A DNA stretch of 64,000 bases from a virus (taxonomy: Duplodnaviria > Caudoviricetes), in the IMG/VR virus record IMGVR_UViG_3300032240_001498, positions 1 to 64,000 of that record; one strand, written 5' to 3'. Under the pieces are notes generated by a model. It was not told the DNA's origin. It did not search any database and was given only the letters and a program-made list of their open reading frames with translations. Within the stretch, counting starts at the first letter, position 1, and the number at the start of each line of letters is the position of its first letter. Position numbers and translations under genes: made by a program. This document shows positions 16,852 to 26,460 of this stretch, one piece after another.

Positions 16852-18302
16852 TAGTCCTTCTCTGGATTAAGTCCTGCTAACAGTTCTCTAACCTTACTGC
16901 TACCTTGGACACCTTTAATCTTATTAATACCAATACCTTCTGTAGGATCTACAGATTTAATTTCACCTGTTTCTTTATCAATAACAGTTGATGTCTTTTT
17001 AAGATTAGCGTAGATACTTTCTCTAGGTTTAGCAAAGCCACCGTTGTCTTCATCTTCGAACAAGTCTTTAATTCTAAGTGTGTCAACGTCAAATTCCAAG
17101 TCAACCTTTTGACCTACGCCTGATGAGTTACGTGTCTTCATAAACTGGATCTGATAGCGTCCACGTTCCTTCATTGCTCGACTTGTAAAAATACCAATCA
17201 CGTTATCTGCTGTTTGAATCTTAGATAGTCCACCCGAAATATGACTGTGATCAAATTCAATTTCTTCAACTGCTGAACGATTCAACTGACTTGCAGTGAC
17301 AACAATAGCCTGTGTTTCCATAGCCAAGTTGCGCAGTTCTTCTGACACATATTTGTCCTTGACAAACAAGTCGCTTGGACTGACTTTGATACTCAACGGC
17401 ATCATTAAATCCAAATAGTCAATTAGAATAACGTCTGGCTTGTAGCCTTTTTTGACCTGATACTCTTTCAAATATGCACGGATGTCGTTAGCGTTCTTAC
17501 CACTTGGCATATATTTGATCTGTACACTACCAGATTTCTTTCCAGTCATCCTAACTTTAAGTTCTACGTCATCAAGACTCTTGAAAATTTCACGAGTTGG
17601 AATATCAGTAATCATACTATCCATACGCATGGCCACCAAATTTTCAGCCAATTCAAATGTTAGATACAAAACATTTAAACCTGCAAGTGCCCAGTTGATT
17701 CCTTGATTGGCTAAGAACAAACTCTTACCGCCACCTGACGCCGCACACCAAATGTTAAGTTCTCCGCGATTAAATCCACCATACAATTTCTTGTCAACGC
17801 TAGGCCATCCTGTGCTAACTTGACCGTTTGTGTTCTTCAATCCTTCAAGACGTTTACGTGGATCTTCAAAATAATCTGTACCCATGTCTTTCTGCAGACT
17901 AATCTGTACAGCATCCTTAATCATTTTTTCTACTGGACCGTAGTCGCCTTTATCCAACAGATCTGCTGATTTTAAAATTGCTCTTTCCAGTGCTTTGTGA
18001 CGTGAAAATTGCTCAAATTCTGCCATCAACCAATCATAGTTTTCCTTGGGCAGAGCCGCTGGATTTAAGTTGGTGTCGCACGATGCATTAACAATTGAAG
18101 CCTCTGGCATGACTTTGTATTCGTCGACATAATGTTTAATAAAGCCTGCTACGTCCTGCAATTTTCTGTCGAAATTTTCGGGGTCAAATATGTTGTTACA
18201 CCGAAAAAATGTCTCGGCATCGCTCATGAACATTTCAATGTAGAGCTTCTGAACGTCTGAACTGTAGTTAGGTATTTGATTAGTCGTCATGTTTGTTTTC
18301 AA
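16851..18302 (-). CDS. replicative DnaB-like helicase (T4 gp41-like)
   Basis: Walker A AASGGGKS, ILIDYLDLM, TASQLNR, KTRNS. Confidence 0.95.
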   Translation of the reverse strand: MKTNMTTNQIPNYSSDVQKLYIEMFMSDAETFFRCNNIFDPENFDRKLQDVAGFIKHYVDEYKVMPEASIVNASCDTNLNPAALPKENYDWLMAEFEQFSRHKALERAILKSADLLDKGDYGPVEKMIKDAVQISLQKDMGTDYFEDPRKRLEGLKNTNGQVSTGWPSVDKKLYGGFNRGELNIWCAASGGGKSLFLANQGINWALAGLNVLYLTFELAENLVAMRMDSMITDIPTREIFKSLDDVELKVRMTGKKSGSVQIKYMPSGKNANDIRAYLKEYQVKKGYKPDVILIDYLDLMMPLSIKVSPSDLFVKDKYVSEELRNLAMETQAIVVTASQLNRSAVEEIEFDHSHISGGLSKIQTADNVIGIFTSRAMKERGRYQIQFMKTRNSSGVGQKVDLEFDVDTLRIKDLFEDEDNGGFAKPRESIYANLKKTSTVIDKETGEIKSVDPTEGIGINKIKGVQGSSKVRELLAGLNPEKD

Positions 18303-19278
18303 GTTGTTTCTTTAAAAGTTTAATTTTTGTCTCGCCTGTCTCACGGTATTGTAAGATGGTGAAAAATGTGTAAATTCTGCCAAATTTCTTCACTGCATCT
18401 GCTACGTCTTTTACGTCTGGTCCCCAATCTGGCAAACTAACCGACCAATGATTGTCTATGGCCGCGGATATTAATTTAGCCCCAGGCTTGTCATTGTCAG
18501 GGACAATAATGACTTCACGCCCAAGTGCAGAAATTCGTGAAATTTGAGTGGGATTTGGCTCATTGTGCATGATAGCAACACCATCAACCGCAATGGCATC
18601 AAACTGTCCTTCGACAACTATCACAAATTTTCTATTTTCGTCTTGTCTGTCCAGGTTAAAAACGTATCCTGGTTGAGCAGTGGTCAAGTACTTTGGCTTG
18701 CCTTCCTTAATTTTTCGGGCTGTCCAGCCTACAACCACATTTTTATGAAAAAATGGCAAAATTACGCGATCCTTGTAACCAGCCTCTGGAGTCCACATCC
18801 AGTCATACCAGTCGAGCTCCATGCCACGGTCAAGTACATAGGCAATGACATTTAAAAAATCCTCATCCTCACAACCTTCGTCAATCCACTGATCTATGGT
18901 TTTGCAATTTTCTGGCAAATTTCGTGGTTCCAACCCAAAATTTAGGGGTATAGGTGTTTTGTCTAATTCTTCTTTATTCTTAAGTGCTTCCAGTGATAGC
19001 TTGCTGATGTCACTGTCTGGTACTCCCATCCACCTCATGAGATTTTTAGTATTTTTACTTAATAGTTTACCAGGCATCCACCCAGCTTTGAACCCACAGT
19101 TAAAGCAATGATATTGAAAACCGTCATCACCTGAGGTTTTTACGCCGCCACGTTGTCTCTTGTCTGGTGAGTCTCCGTTATGGACGCAACAAGGTGCGTT
19201 GAAGCTGATCCACCCACTTGGGGTTGCCTTTCTTTTCGGAGGTAAGAAGTTTATAAAGGTCGCTTGAATCAGGTTCAT
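18280..19278 (-). CDS. DNA primase (T4 gp61-like)
   Basis: Zn finger PCCVH...YHCFNC; TOPRIM VVEGQFDA and PDND. Confidence 0.92.
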   Translation of the reverse strand: MNLIQATFINFLPPKRKATPSGWISFNAPCCVHNGDSPDKRQRGGVKTSGDDGFQYHCFNCGFKAGWMPGKLLSKNTKNLMRWMGVPDSDISKLSLEALKNKEELDKTPIPLNFGLEPRNLPENCKTIDQWIDEGCEDEDFLNVIAYVLDRGMELDWYDWMWTPEAGYKDRVILPFFHKNVVVGWTARKIKEGKPKYLTTAQPGYVFNLDRQDENRKFVIVVEGQFDAIAVDGVAIMHNEPNPTQISRISALGREVIIVPDNDKPGAKLISAAIDNHWSVSLPDWGPDVKDVADAVKKFGRIYTFFTILQYRETGETKIKLLKKQLENKHDD

Positions 19279-19284
19279 GCAACT

Positions 19285-19313
19285 ATTTTAACTTCTAAAT
19301 AGGACTTTGTCAA
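19285..19313 (-). promoter_or_regulatory. sigma70-type promoter of primase, apparently leaderless
   Basis: Minus strand TTGACA, 17 nt, TAAAAT, 6 nt, ATG 19278. Confidence 0.75.
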
Positions 19314-20196
19314 GTTTTCCGTTGGGCCAGTATGGTTGTCCGGGAGTCGGATTACCAGGTACGCTGGCTCCGTACCAATTTGCACCAAGTGCGTCACCAT
19401 CTGGAATGTACTTGACTTTGAAATTGGTATAGTTACCATTTAGATTGACGTAGTCAACCCCGGTAAAACTGCGGTTATAAGGTATTGATTGCAGTAGAGC
19501 ATATGATTCATTTGCATTGCCCTGTCCACTAGGTGTATCTTCCAATGTTCCATAGATGTCTATATGTCCTTTGAATTTTGTTAGGTAAAATGCAAAAGTT
19601 TGCAGGCCATTATTTGAGTTAAATGCAGGATTTGCCTCAATAGTACCACTGCTAAATGTCCACCAATTGAATTGTGGTATACCTTGACGGTCAAGTGGGG
19701 AGTCTCGATACCAGTTGAACGCATCTGTTGAAAAACTTTCGGTCAAGAATGGCTCAACGTCTTCGCGAATCTCGGCCGTACCATTCACTCCATAATAAGT
19801 ATTGGAGTAGGTTGGGACGTAACTTCCGTCAGCGCCAAGAGCAGTAACACTAAAGGTGTATGTCTTGGGTGCAAGATCCATTGTGTCGCTTTCATCAAGA
19901 GTTAGAACAGCTAGGCCGCGTGTACTTGTAGTAACACCGTCGTCTATGATGGCTAATTCTTTTGGCTGGAACGGCATAATGTTATCGTGGTCGAACATTC
20001 TGAAGAAAAATGTGCCGCTTGAGATTGGGACTGGCTTTTGGTCTGAATTTTTAAACTGTATTTGGACCTTGTTTTTAAGTCCCTTCTGAAAAATAAGATT
20101 GCGTTGGTACATGACGTTGTTAACACCCCGTGAGTTATCCAGATCTAACGTGATAGCGTAAGAGTTGGTATATAAATAGATTGGTAATTTCTGCAT
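19288..20196 (-). CDS. hypothetical protein, probably virion structural
   Basis: TATAAATA 20203-20210 upstream; beta-rich composition. Confidence 0.7.
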   Translation of the reverse strand: MQKLPIYLYTNSYAITLDLDNSRGVNNVMYQRNLIFQKGLKNKVQIQFKNSDQKPVPISSGTFFFRMFDHDNIMPFQPKELAIIDDGVTTSTRGLAVLTLDESDTMDLAPKTYTFSVTALGADGSYVPTYSNTYYGVNGTAEIREDVEPFLTESFSTDAFNWYRDSPLDRQGIPQFNWWTFSSGTIEANPAFNSNNGLQTFAFYLTKFKGHIDIYGTLEDTPSGQGNANESYALLQSIPYNRSFTGVDYVNLNGNYTNFKVKYIPDGDALGANWYGASVPGNPTPGQPYWPNGKLDKVLFRS

Positions 20197-20216
20197 ACAG
20201 CATATTTATAGGTTAA

Positions 20217-20606
20217 ATGAAGTCAAACAAAGATCAAGAATTCCAAAATAAGTTTCCTTTTATAAGTTGCATAAAAGTTAATGAAAACGAGTACGTTGGC
20301 ATTGTCATTAACAATGACGCCAACGTTACCAGCATCTACGACTTCAGCGTAATACGCACAGAATTTGAAAAATCCAGCTTTTTAGAGCTTGGAGAGACTT
20401 GGTGGTGGGAAAGTAATCGCAAAATTCCCATTAATATTTTCTTGAAGCAAGAAATGACTGTTTTTAGACCCTACATCAAAACATTCAACAGTAAAGACAT
20501 TGTAATACTGTTTGGTCCAACCGTAAATTTGAGCGAAATTGCAGAAAAACGCATCAAACGTAAATCAATACAATTAGTTAGAGCACCTAGGCGTAGGGAT
20601 AGCTAA
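20217..20606 (+). CDS. conserved hypothetical protein
   Basis: Lone plus-strand ORF; LGETWWWESNRKIPINIFL motif. Confidence 0.75.
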   Translation: MKSNKDQEFQNKFPFISCIKVNENEYVGIVINNDANVTSIYDFSVIRTEFEKSSFLELGETWWWESNRKIPINIFLKQEMTVFRPYIKTFNSKDIVILFGPTVNLSEIAEKRIKRKSIQLVRAPRRRDS

Positions 20607-21162
20607 TTGCTTCGCAGATTTGATTCATCTGCACCACAATCGCATGAGCATAGGCAACAGCATGACTTTTCTTAAAGTAGTAAGCGTCTTCTGTTTTAAC
20701 CCAGATTTCATCTTTCACTGCTTGGAAGCCCTTTTCACTGACAATCGAGACGAGATGCTTTTTCCCCGGTCTCAACAGGGCTAAAAACATTGCCAGTTCT
20801 TCAATACTTCTAGGTTTTAGTTCCGCTACCAAATTATGATATCCGTTTACATGGAATATCAAATCACAAAAATCCTTTTGTTCCAATAAATCCCATAATG
20901 GCTCAACAGCCAGCAGATCTTTGATGTGTTTTTCGCTTTTTATTGAATTGTACACACTGGCATTCAAAAAGTCTATCTTAAAATAGCCTCTATCTTCTGC
21001 TTCCTTGTAATCTATAGTAGATAATCCTGTTAAGGGGTTGTAGGGAATGGAATGACAGTACACACCTGTGTTATGTTTCTTATCTCCGTTGGTTGCCGTG
21101 ATCGTTTTCACTAGATCTAGTACTTTTGTTCTATCAGCAAAGTCGATATCAATATCTGGCAT
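20587..21162 (-). CDS. miniature DnaE/PolC-like (family C polymerase) protein
   Basis: PDIDIDF, YFKIDFL, ALLRPGK and YFKKSHAVAYA match DnaE motifs in order. Confidence 0.85.
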   Translation of the reverse strand: MPDIDIDFADRTKVLDLVKTITATNGDKKHNTGVYCHSIPYNPLTGLSTIDYKEAEDRGYFKIDFLNASVYNSIKSEKHIKDLLAVEPLWDLLEQKDFCDLIFHVNGYHNLVAELKPRSIEELAMFLALLRPGKKHLVSIVSEKGFQAVKDEIWVKTEDAYYFKKSHAVAYAHAIVVQMNQICEAISYPYA

Positions 21163-21857
21163 TACTCTATCCCACTTCCTTCACAAATTTCTCTCACAAC
21201 AGCAACATCTTCTTTGTGAGTTTTAAAATGTTTAACCCAATAGGGAATATCAAGTGCCTTGTCGATCAGTTCTAATTGCTCGTCATTGAAGTTTTCAAGC
21301 ATGCTCTTGCCACTTGAACAATTTAACATGACCCATGCAGAAATCTTGCCATTCTTGATGTCGTGTACTGCACGATTGAAATTGACATAGTTGAAATAAT
21401 GATTCCATTGAGCCCCACTGGTGTCGCCCCACTCAATCATTGTTGTAATAGTTCGCTGGCATGCGGCTTCAACTGGTTCTATCTTCAACATTTCATAAAG
21501 ATAGGTATCATACAGTTCGTCTCTGCACCAATGATCAAGTTTAATATCACTCTTGATCACAAATTCTATAAACTTTTCTGGATACAATGGATTTACATTG
21601 TTTAAGAAACTGCCAAATTTTACAAAGGCATTGTAGTATGCACTTTTGCAAAACTCGTCATAGGTTTTTTGCTTTTTTGAACCTTGTCTGATTTTATAAA
21701 ACTGATTGAACGCATAAAATCCACTCTGAACACGTTTCTCGTCCTTTTGCATTGCTCTACGCTTAGGTTCACACATGTGAGCAAACAAGGTCTTCTCTTT
21801 CATGAAGGCCTTGCCACAGTGACTACAATTAAAAGGTTGTTCAGCCAATTGGATCAT
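21162..21857 (-). CDS. conserved hypothetical protein with N-terminal C2H2-like Zn finger
   Basis: CSHCGKAFMKEKTLFAHMC. Confidence 0.75.
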   Translation of the reverse strand: MIQLAEQPFNCSHCGKAFMKEKTLFAHMCEPKRRAMQKDEKRVQSGFYAFNQFYKIRQGSKKQKTYDEFCKSAYYNAFVKFGSFLNNVNPLYPEKFIEFVIKSDIKLDHWCRDELYDTYLYEMLKIEPVEAACQRTITTMIEWGDTSGAQWNHYFNYVNFNRAVHDIKNGKISAWVMLNCSSGKSMLENFNDEQLELIDKALDIPYWVKHFKTHKEDVAVVREICEGSGIE

Positions 21858-22306
21858 TCGTATTCTTTTCGTTGTTTCTTATCGAAACCCATTTTATCAA
21901 ACAGTTCTTCTTTATCAGCCTTGGTCATCATCTTAGCCCATGCCTTGATGTCACTGAGCTTCATTGCAGGATTTAATTCTGCTAACAGCTTTTCAATTTT
22001 AACTGCTTTTTCTTTTGTGCCTGCTTTGAGATAGGGATGGTATGTCTTAACACCTGCGCCACAACCTGCAAACAGTTTCCACAGCAATTCTTTATGATTC
22101 TTGCTTAGAACCCAGTGATGTTTGTTTACAAGCTCGTTAGTTCTTTCTAAGAACCATTCTTGTAATTCAGTATCACCTTGTACATTGGAACTGTATCGCA
22201 TTAAAATAAATGGACTGAACTCTTTCTTTTCTTCGGGCGTAAGTTTACTATAGAAATCATAATCTCTCATGTCTATAGCGTTTAATTCTCGTTTGATGTC
22301 AAGCAT
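21854..22306 (-). CDS. clamp-loader small subunit-like protein (T4 gp62-like)
   Basis: KKEFSPFILMRYSS...NELVNKHHWVLSK.HKELLWKL pattern; replication context. Confidence 0.6.
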   Translation of the reverse strand: MLDIKRELNAIDMRDYDFYSKLTPEEKKEFSPFILMRYSSNVQGDTELQEWFLERTNELVNKHHWVLSKNHKELLWKLFAGCGAGVKTYHPYLKAGTKEKAVKIEKLLAELNPAMKLSDIKAWAKMMTKADKEELFDKMGFDKKQRKEYE

Positions 22307-22592
22307 CTTTGTCCTTGCTTAGGTGATATATTATTTTAACACGTTCCAGGGCTTCTTGTAAAGTAGGATTGGTTTTTGCCATTCGACGAATTTCACCCCA
22401 AAGTTTATCTTCCATAATGTGATCGTGCAACGGACGACCGTCTTTAGTGCGTGGATCAAAGTTTGGTTTGGTAGGATCATAGTCCCATCCTATTGCTTCT
22501 CGTGTACTAGGATCGGCACCAAATTCTCGAGCGTAAGTCACTCCGTTCGACCGTTCATAAATGTACTTTGCACCTGGTTTAAGACTGCCCAT
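22299..22592 (-). CDS. hypothetical protein
   Basis: Coupled ORF in replication operon. Confidence 0.7.
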   Translation of the reverse strand: MGSLKPGAKYIYERSNGVTYAREFGADPSTREAIGWDYDPTKPNFDPRTKDGRPLHDHIMEDKLWGEIRRMAKTNPTLQEALERVKIIYHLSKDKDA

Positions 22593-22593
22593 A

Positions 22594-23097
22594 TTACCAA
22601 CATTTAGTATAGTCTACGATTTCACTCTGTCTACTAACTTCTTTAACAAAAAACGCACACATAGGTTCGTCACCACCAGTAAGTGGTGTTGTTAGTAGTT
22701 GGCCAGGTTTCATCTTTGGAAAGTACCATTTGACATCTTGGTACACATTAATAATATCAATATCATGGAATTCAGGACGAAAGCTGGTTAACGGATTGAA
22801 ACAAAATGTCCTAAATCCTCGATCGTTTAGACTGGTTAACGGTAGAACTTCCATTTCCGGGCCTTCCGGGTCACCTACAATAGTACACCAATCTAGTGGC
22901 ATAGTTACTTGGTATGGACCAACTTGCAATACTGCGGCAGGGCCGGTAAATGACTCTAAAAAGATCAAAGGAAGAAAAAAGTAATCAGGATTTTGGGGAT
23001 CGCTATTGTCCAAAACTGAGTAGCGAAAGTCTTCGTCTATCTCCTCTGGAAGATCATTCAAATAGAATGTCTTGTTATCTAATGTTAGTATCTGCAT
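22594..23097 (-). CDS. conserved hypothetical protein, possible degenerate Hint fold
   Basis: Start moved to MQILTLDN; strand pattern resembles Hint domains. Confidence 0.55.
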   Translation of the reverse strand: MQILTLDNKTFYLNDLPEEIDEDFRYSVLDNSDPQNPDYFFLPLIFLESFTGPAAVLQVGPYQVTMPLDWCTIVGDPEGPEMEVLPLTSLNDRGFRTFCFNPLTSFRPEFHDIDIINVYQDVKWYFPKMKPGQLLTTPLTGGDEPMCAFFVKEVSRQSEIVDYTKCW

Positions 23098-23105
23098 CTT
23101 GGTAT

Positions 23106-23798
23106 TCAATCCTTTATTATTATACTTTTTAATCTTTGATAGGCCATGACAGGATTTAATGAAAAATTCCACTTGGAAAACTTGCGTGAAAATACTTCAG
23201 GTGTCATAACATCTAATTTTAATTCCCAATCTCTTTCAGTTAAAGGAATTAAATGCGCCATAGGTGTTCCTGCCTTAACATTTAACATTATACTTGATTG
23301 CGGCTTTTTAATCAAGCAGTTTATGTTACTTTCGTGTTGATATCTAAACTCGGATATACCTGTAACTGTGGTAAATTCTTGAGGATTATTTTGCCACCAT
23401 ATTGGTTGTGACCACATCCATTCAATCGGTTCACTGCACCAAATATACCAAGGTGATACAAATTTTATATTGGTGTAGCCGGGCCAGGCGCCAGCGGCTT
23501 GTACGTTTACATTATGGACTTCGGCAGGACTTATATTATTAAATCTCATACCAGAATCTATATTACCAGTTCCGTCATTGTTGATTGCAATCGAGTAATC
23601 TGCCCACAGGGGAATTATCATACCCTTGGAAAACAACTCTTTAGCGGCAGGACATTGTCTTACATTTTTTACATCTTCGCCAGGTTTACCAGGAAGTCTT
23701 TTAAACCAGTCAGGGACAGCTTCCTCAGCTTTGGTAATAGGAAATAAGTCGATCAGCATGCCAGATGGTGCATACGCTTCAACTATGATCTTACTCAT
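23106..23798 (-). CDS. DUF6065-like hypothetical protein
   Basis: PDWFK..P...VRQCPA...GMIIPLWAD...KFVSPW...AGTPMAHLIP. Confidence 0.55.
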   Translation of the reverse strand: MSKIIVEAYAPSGMLIDLFPITKAEEAVPDWFKRLPGKPGEDVKNVRQCPAAKELFSKGMIIPLWADYSIAINNDGTGNIDSGMRFNNISPAEVHNVNVQAAGAWPGYTNIKFVSPWYIWCSEPIEWMWSQPIWWQNNPQEFTTVTGISEFRYQHESNINCLIKKPQSSIMLNVKAGTPMAHLIPLTERDWELKLDVMTPEVFSRKFSKWNFSLNPVMAYQRLKSIIIKD

Positions 23799-25252
23799 GG
23801 AGTTTTAACCTTTTCAATTGAAAAGGGATACTTAGCTTCTTTATAAAACTTTTTGCGTTCTGTTAGGTGTCGTTTGGCGTATTTGGTGTTCGCTGTGATG
23901 TCCCAGATTTGTACGAAGTCTTTATCTTCTGCTTTGCGAATACCTCGTCCAATACTTTGTATAACTCTAACAAAGCTCTTTCCGGCTTCCAAAAGAACCA
24001 AATTAAAAATACGAGGGATATTAATACCCACAGCGGCCACACCATAAGTCGCCACAATAATCTTGTCATCATTAGTTGCCACTTCACGATATTGTTCCTT
24101 GCGTTTTGTTGATTTAATTTTACCACTGATAAAAACCGCTTCAGGAATCTCGTTAATGATAAACTCTCCTGTTTCGATCCTATCTACTAATACCAAGGTG
24201 TTGCCAGTATCCGCAATTCCCTTGACTAACTTACTGACCCATTCCATTCTAGTATCATCGGTAACAAGATACTTTAATTCTTCAGGGTAAGTTTGGAATT
24301 CTTTCCATTCTTGTGTTTGAATTACATTAACGTGGCATGTACTTAGGATACCTTTTTCTTGTAATTCGTGTGCAGTAACATAACCTACTACTTGCCCAAG
24401 ACTACACTTAATGCTTTCAAATTCAAGCGGATCTTTAGGAACAGTACCGGTTAGTCCCCAACGGATAGGAGCATTGCGCAGGTTCTGTGTTAATAAATTC
24501 TTTAATACTTCTGCTTTGGCTTGGTGAACTTCGTCAACAATAATACAGCTAACACCCTCAAGGAACTCAGCTAATGTAATAAGGTCGGCTTGTCCGTTTT
24601 TACTTTTCTTATCTAAGATATTAAGTGACTGCCAAGTACAAATGGTATGTGTTTTACCTAGATCTTTACGATCGCCGTAGTATACACCAACATCAAGACC
24701 TACGTTAACATAATCTTCTTCAGTTTGTTCTACAAGACTTTTGTTTGGAACAATAACTAGACTTCGGCCGTATTTTTCACAAATCTTACTCAAGGTAGCA
24801 GTCATAATAGTCTTACCTGCACCTGTTGCCACTGACTGTAATGCCTGTGGATTTTCTAAGAATGTGTTGACTACTTCAACTTGGTCGTCACGCAACCTAA
24901 TAGGCTCTCCTGCAAAGCGATGTCCTTCAGGCCAACATAGATCGCCCCAAAAGTCTTCTTTGATTTTTTCAAATTCTAATACAGGGCTAACTCGTTCGTC
25001 TTCTACTTCAATATAATACCCCTGACTTTCTAAGTAGGGCAATATTTGATCAAGCATACTAACATAGGTAGTACCGCCAAGTCCAAAGAAAGAGGTACAC
25101 CCGTCCCATCGACCTAGTTTGTATGCAGGTTGATAACGGGCGGCCTGATTAAAATACTTGAACTTCTTAACTAATTCTTTTCTAGTATCTAAATCTAAAT
25201 TCTCAAATTTTACGTTGACCTCATCTCTGATGATCAATTTTGCGGTAGACAA
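23795..25252 (-). CDS. uvsW: UvsW-like SF2 DNA helicase
   Basis: RDDQ, ATGAGKT, IVDEVH, LTGT, QSIGRGIR. Confidence 0.92.
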   Translation of the reverse strand: MSTAKLIIRDEVNVKFENLDLDTRKELVKKFKYFNQAARYQPAYKLGRWDGCTSFFGLGGTTYVSMLDQILPYLESQGYYIEVEDERVSPVLEFEKIKEDFWGDLCWPEGHRFAGEPIRLRDDQVEVVNTFLENPQALQSVATGAGKTIMTATLSKICEKYGRSLVIVPNKSLVEQTEEDYVNVGLDVGVYYGDRKDLGKTHTICTWQSLNILDKKSKNGQADLITLAEFLEGVSCIIVDEVHQAKAEVLKNLLTQNLRNAPIRWGLTGTVPKDPLEFESIKCSLGQVVGYVTAHELQEKGILSTCHVNVIQTQEWKEFQTYPEELKYLVTDDTRMEWVSKLVKGIADTGNTLVLVDRIETGEFIINEIPEAVFISGKIKSTKRKEQYREVATNDDKIIVATYGVAAVGINIPRIFNLVLLEAGKSFVRVIQSIGRGIRKAEDKDFVQIWDITANTKYAKRHLTERKKFYKEAKYPFSIEKVKTP

Positions 25253-26460
25253 ATAGTTGCTCCTTGGGGCTTCTTATCATTATAATACACTATGTTGGCT
25301 GGTGAAGTCAAGAGAATGTTCATACTAAAATGCATATTGCTATAATAACCTAAGTTGATCACAGTATTAAACACAATACCAGATTTTACCAGTGGCTTAG
25401 GAATTTTCGTACTAACAAACACAATCTTTGTATCGTCATGAATATTGTTGTTTAGCTCATTGTCTTTGACATACTGATTGAACCCGCCATTATCTTGGTT
25501 TGGAGTTCTAAACATCACTGCTATATCTTTGTTTGCAATACCAATTGATGCGGCATACCTATGCCATGCTTCGGTGTGTTTGATCTCACTGCCTCCCGGT
25601 ATGACTATCAAAATAGGACCACCAAAAAGCAAAAGTTCTTTGAAATTTTCTAAATCATATACTCGACTATCAACATAAACCATTCCTGCGGCATTTAATA
25701 ACGCTGTAGTAATCGGAGAGCACTCGCTATTTCGCAATTCAGATGCAATCGCATCATCCCAAATGCTAACACCGTAGTTCTTTGAATGAAGTAAAAATTC
25801 TACAACATTACTTGTATCTAATACTGGAATTTTATTAGATGCATTTTTAAATGCAAATTTAGAATCAGTCTTAACTGCGATAACTGCATGATCATTTGCA
25901 TTATCAATAATCGTGTTGATATCGTTATACCACTCAAGAAATGTAGCGTCTGCTGTAAAATTTCTAGATAATAAATTTGACCCGAGCCATAACACAGTTT
26001 CTTCTCTTAGACTAAATGCCCATACCTTATCTTCGTGATTCCATTGACCAACATAGGCCTTGGCAGTTGACGATGTATAAATGTTTTCCGGAACCACTGC
26101 TGACTCAGATACAAATTTCTGAATAGCTTTAATTAGTTCTTCATCATATGGAAACTTTACCTGTATAAAACCATTGCGTACAGTAATAGCCTTTTCAATA
26201 AACAGTTTTCTGAACGGATGCGCAAAGACAGGATTGTCTAAATCAATCTTAGTTTTGAAGTAGACTTCTAATGGAACTTGATACTTCTTGAGAAGTTTAA
26301 TAGATAACGCGGCCTGCTTTTCGGTAAGAGTATTGCCGTTGGACAGTTGAGTAGCCAATGACTCAACGAAATTCTTTTCCCAACCGGGAGATACAATCTC
26401 AGGGTCGAATAGAAAGGTGTCGCCACATGCTAGGCGTTGTATTAGAGTTTCGACAAACAT
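25234..26460 (-). CDS. hypothetical protein with HARP-like domain
   Basis: VKFPYDEELIKAIQKF...WNHEDKVWAF resembles HARP. Confidence 0.55.
   Translation of the reverse strand: MFVETLIQRLACGDTFLFDPEIVSPGWEKNFVESLATQLSNGNTLTEKQAALSIKLLKKYQVPLEVYFKTKIDLDNPVFAHPFRKLFIEKAITVRNGFIQVKFPYDEELIKAIQKFVSESAVVPENIYTSSTAKAYVGQWNHEDKVWAFSLREETVLWLGSNLLSRNFTADATFLEWYNDINTIIDNANDHAVIAVKTDSKFAFKNASNKIPVLDTSNVVEFLLHSKNYGVSIWDDAIASELRNSECSPITTALLNAAGMVYVDSRVYDLENFKELLLFGGPILIVIPGGSEIKHTEAWHRYAASIGIANKDIAVMFRTPNQDNGGFNQYVKDNELNNNIHDDTKIVFVSTKIPKPLVKSGIVFNTVINLGYYSNMHFSMNILLTSPANIVYYNDKKPQGATICLPQN

Noticed and set aside
20587-21162. Mini-DnaE as a simple frameshifted pseudogene
   Set aside because: Motifs from distant parts of DnaE are joined in one frame, and the ORF is coupled to its upstream gene; not fully excluded without homologues
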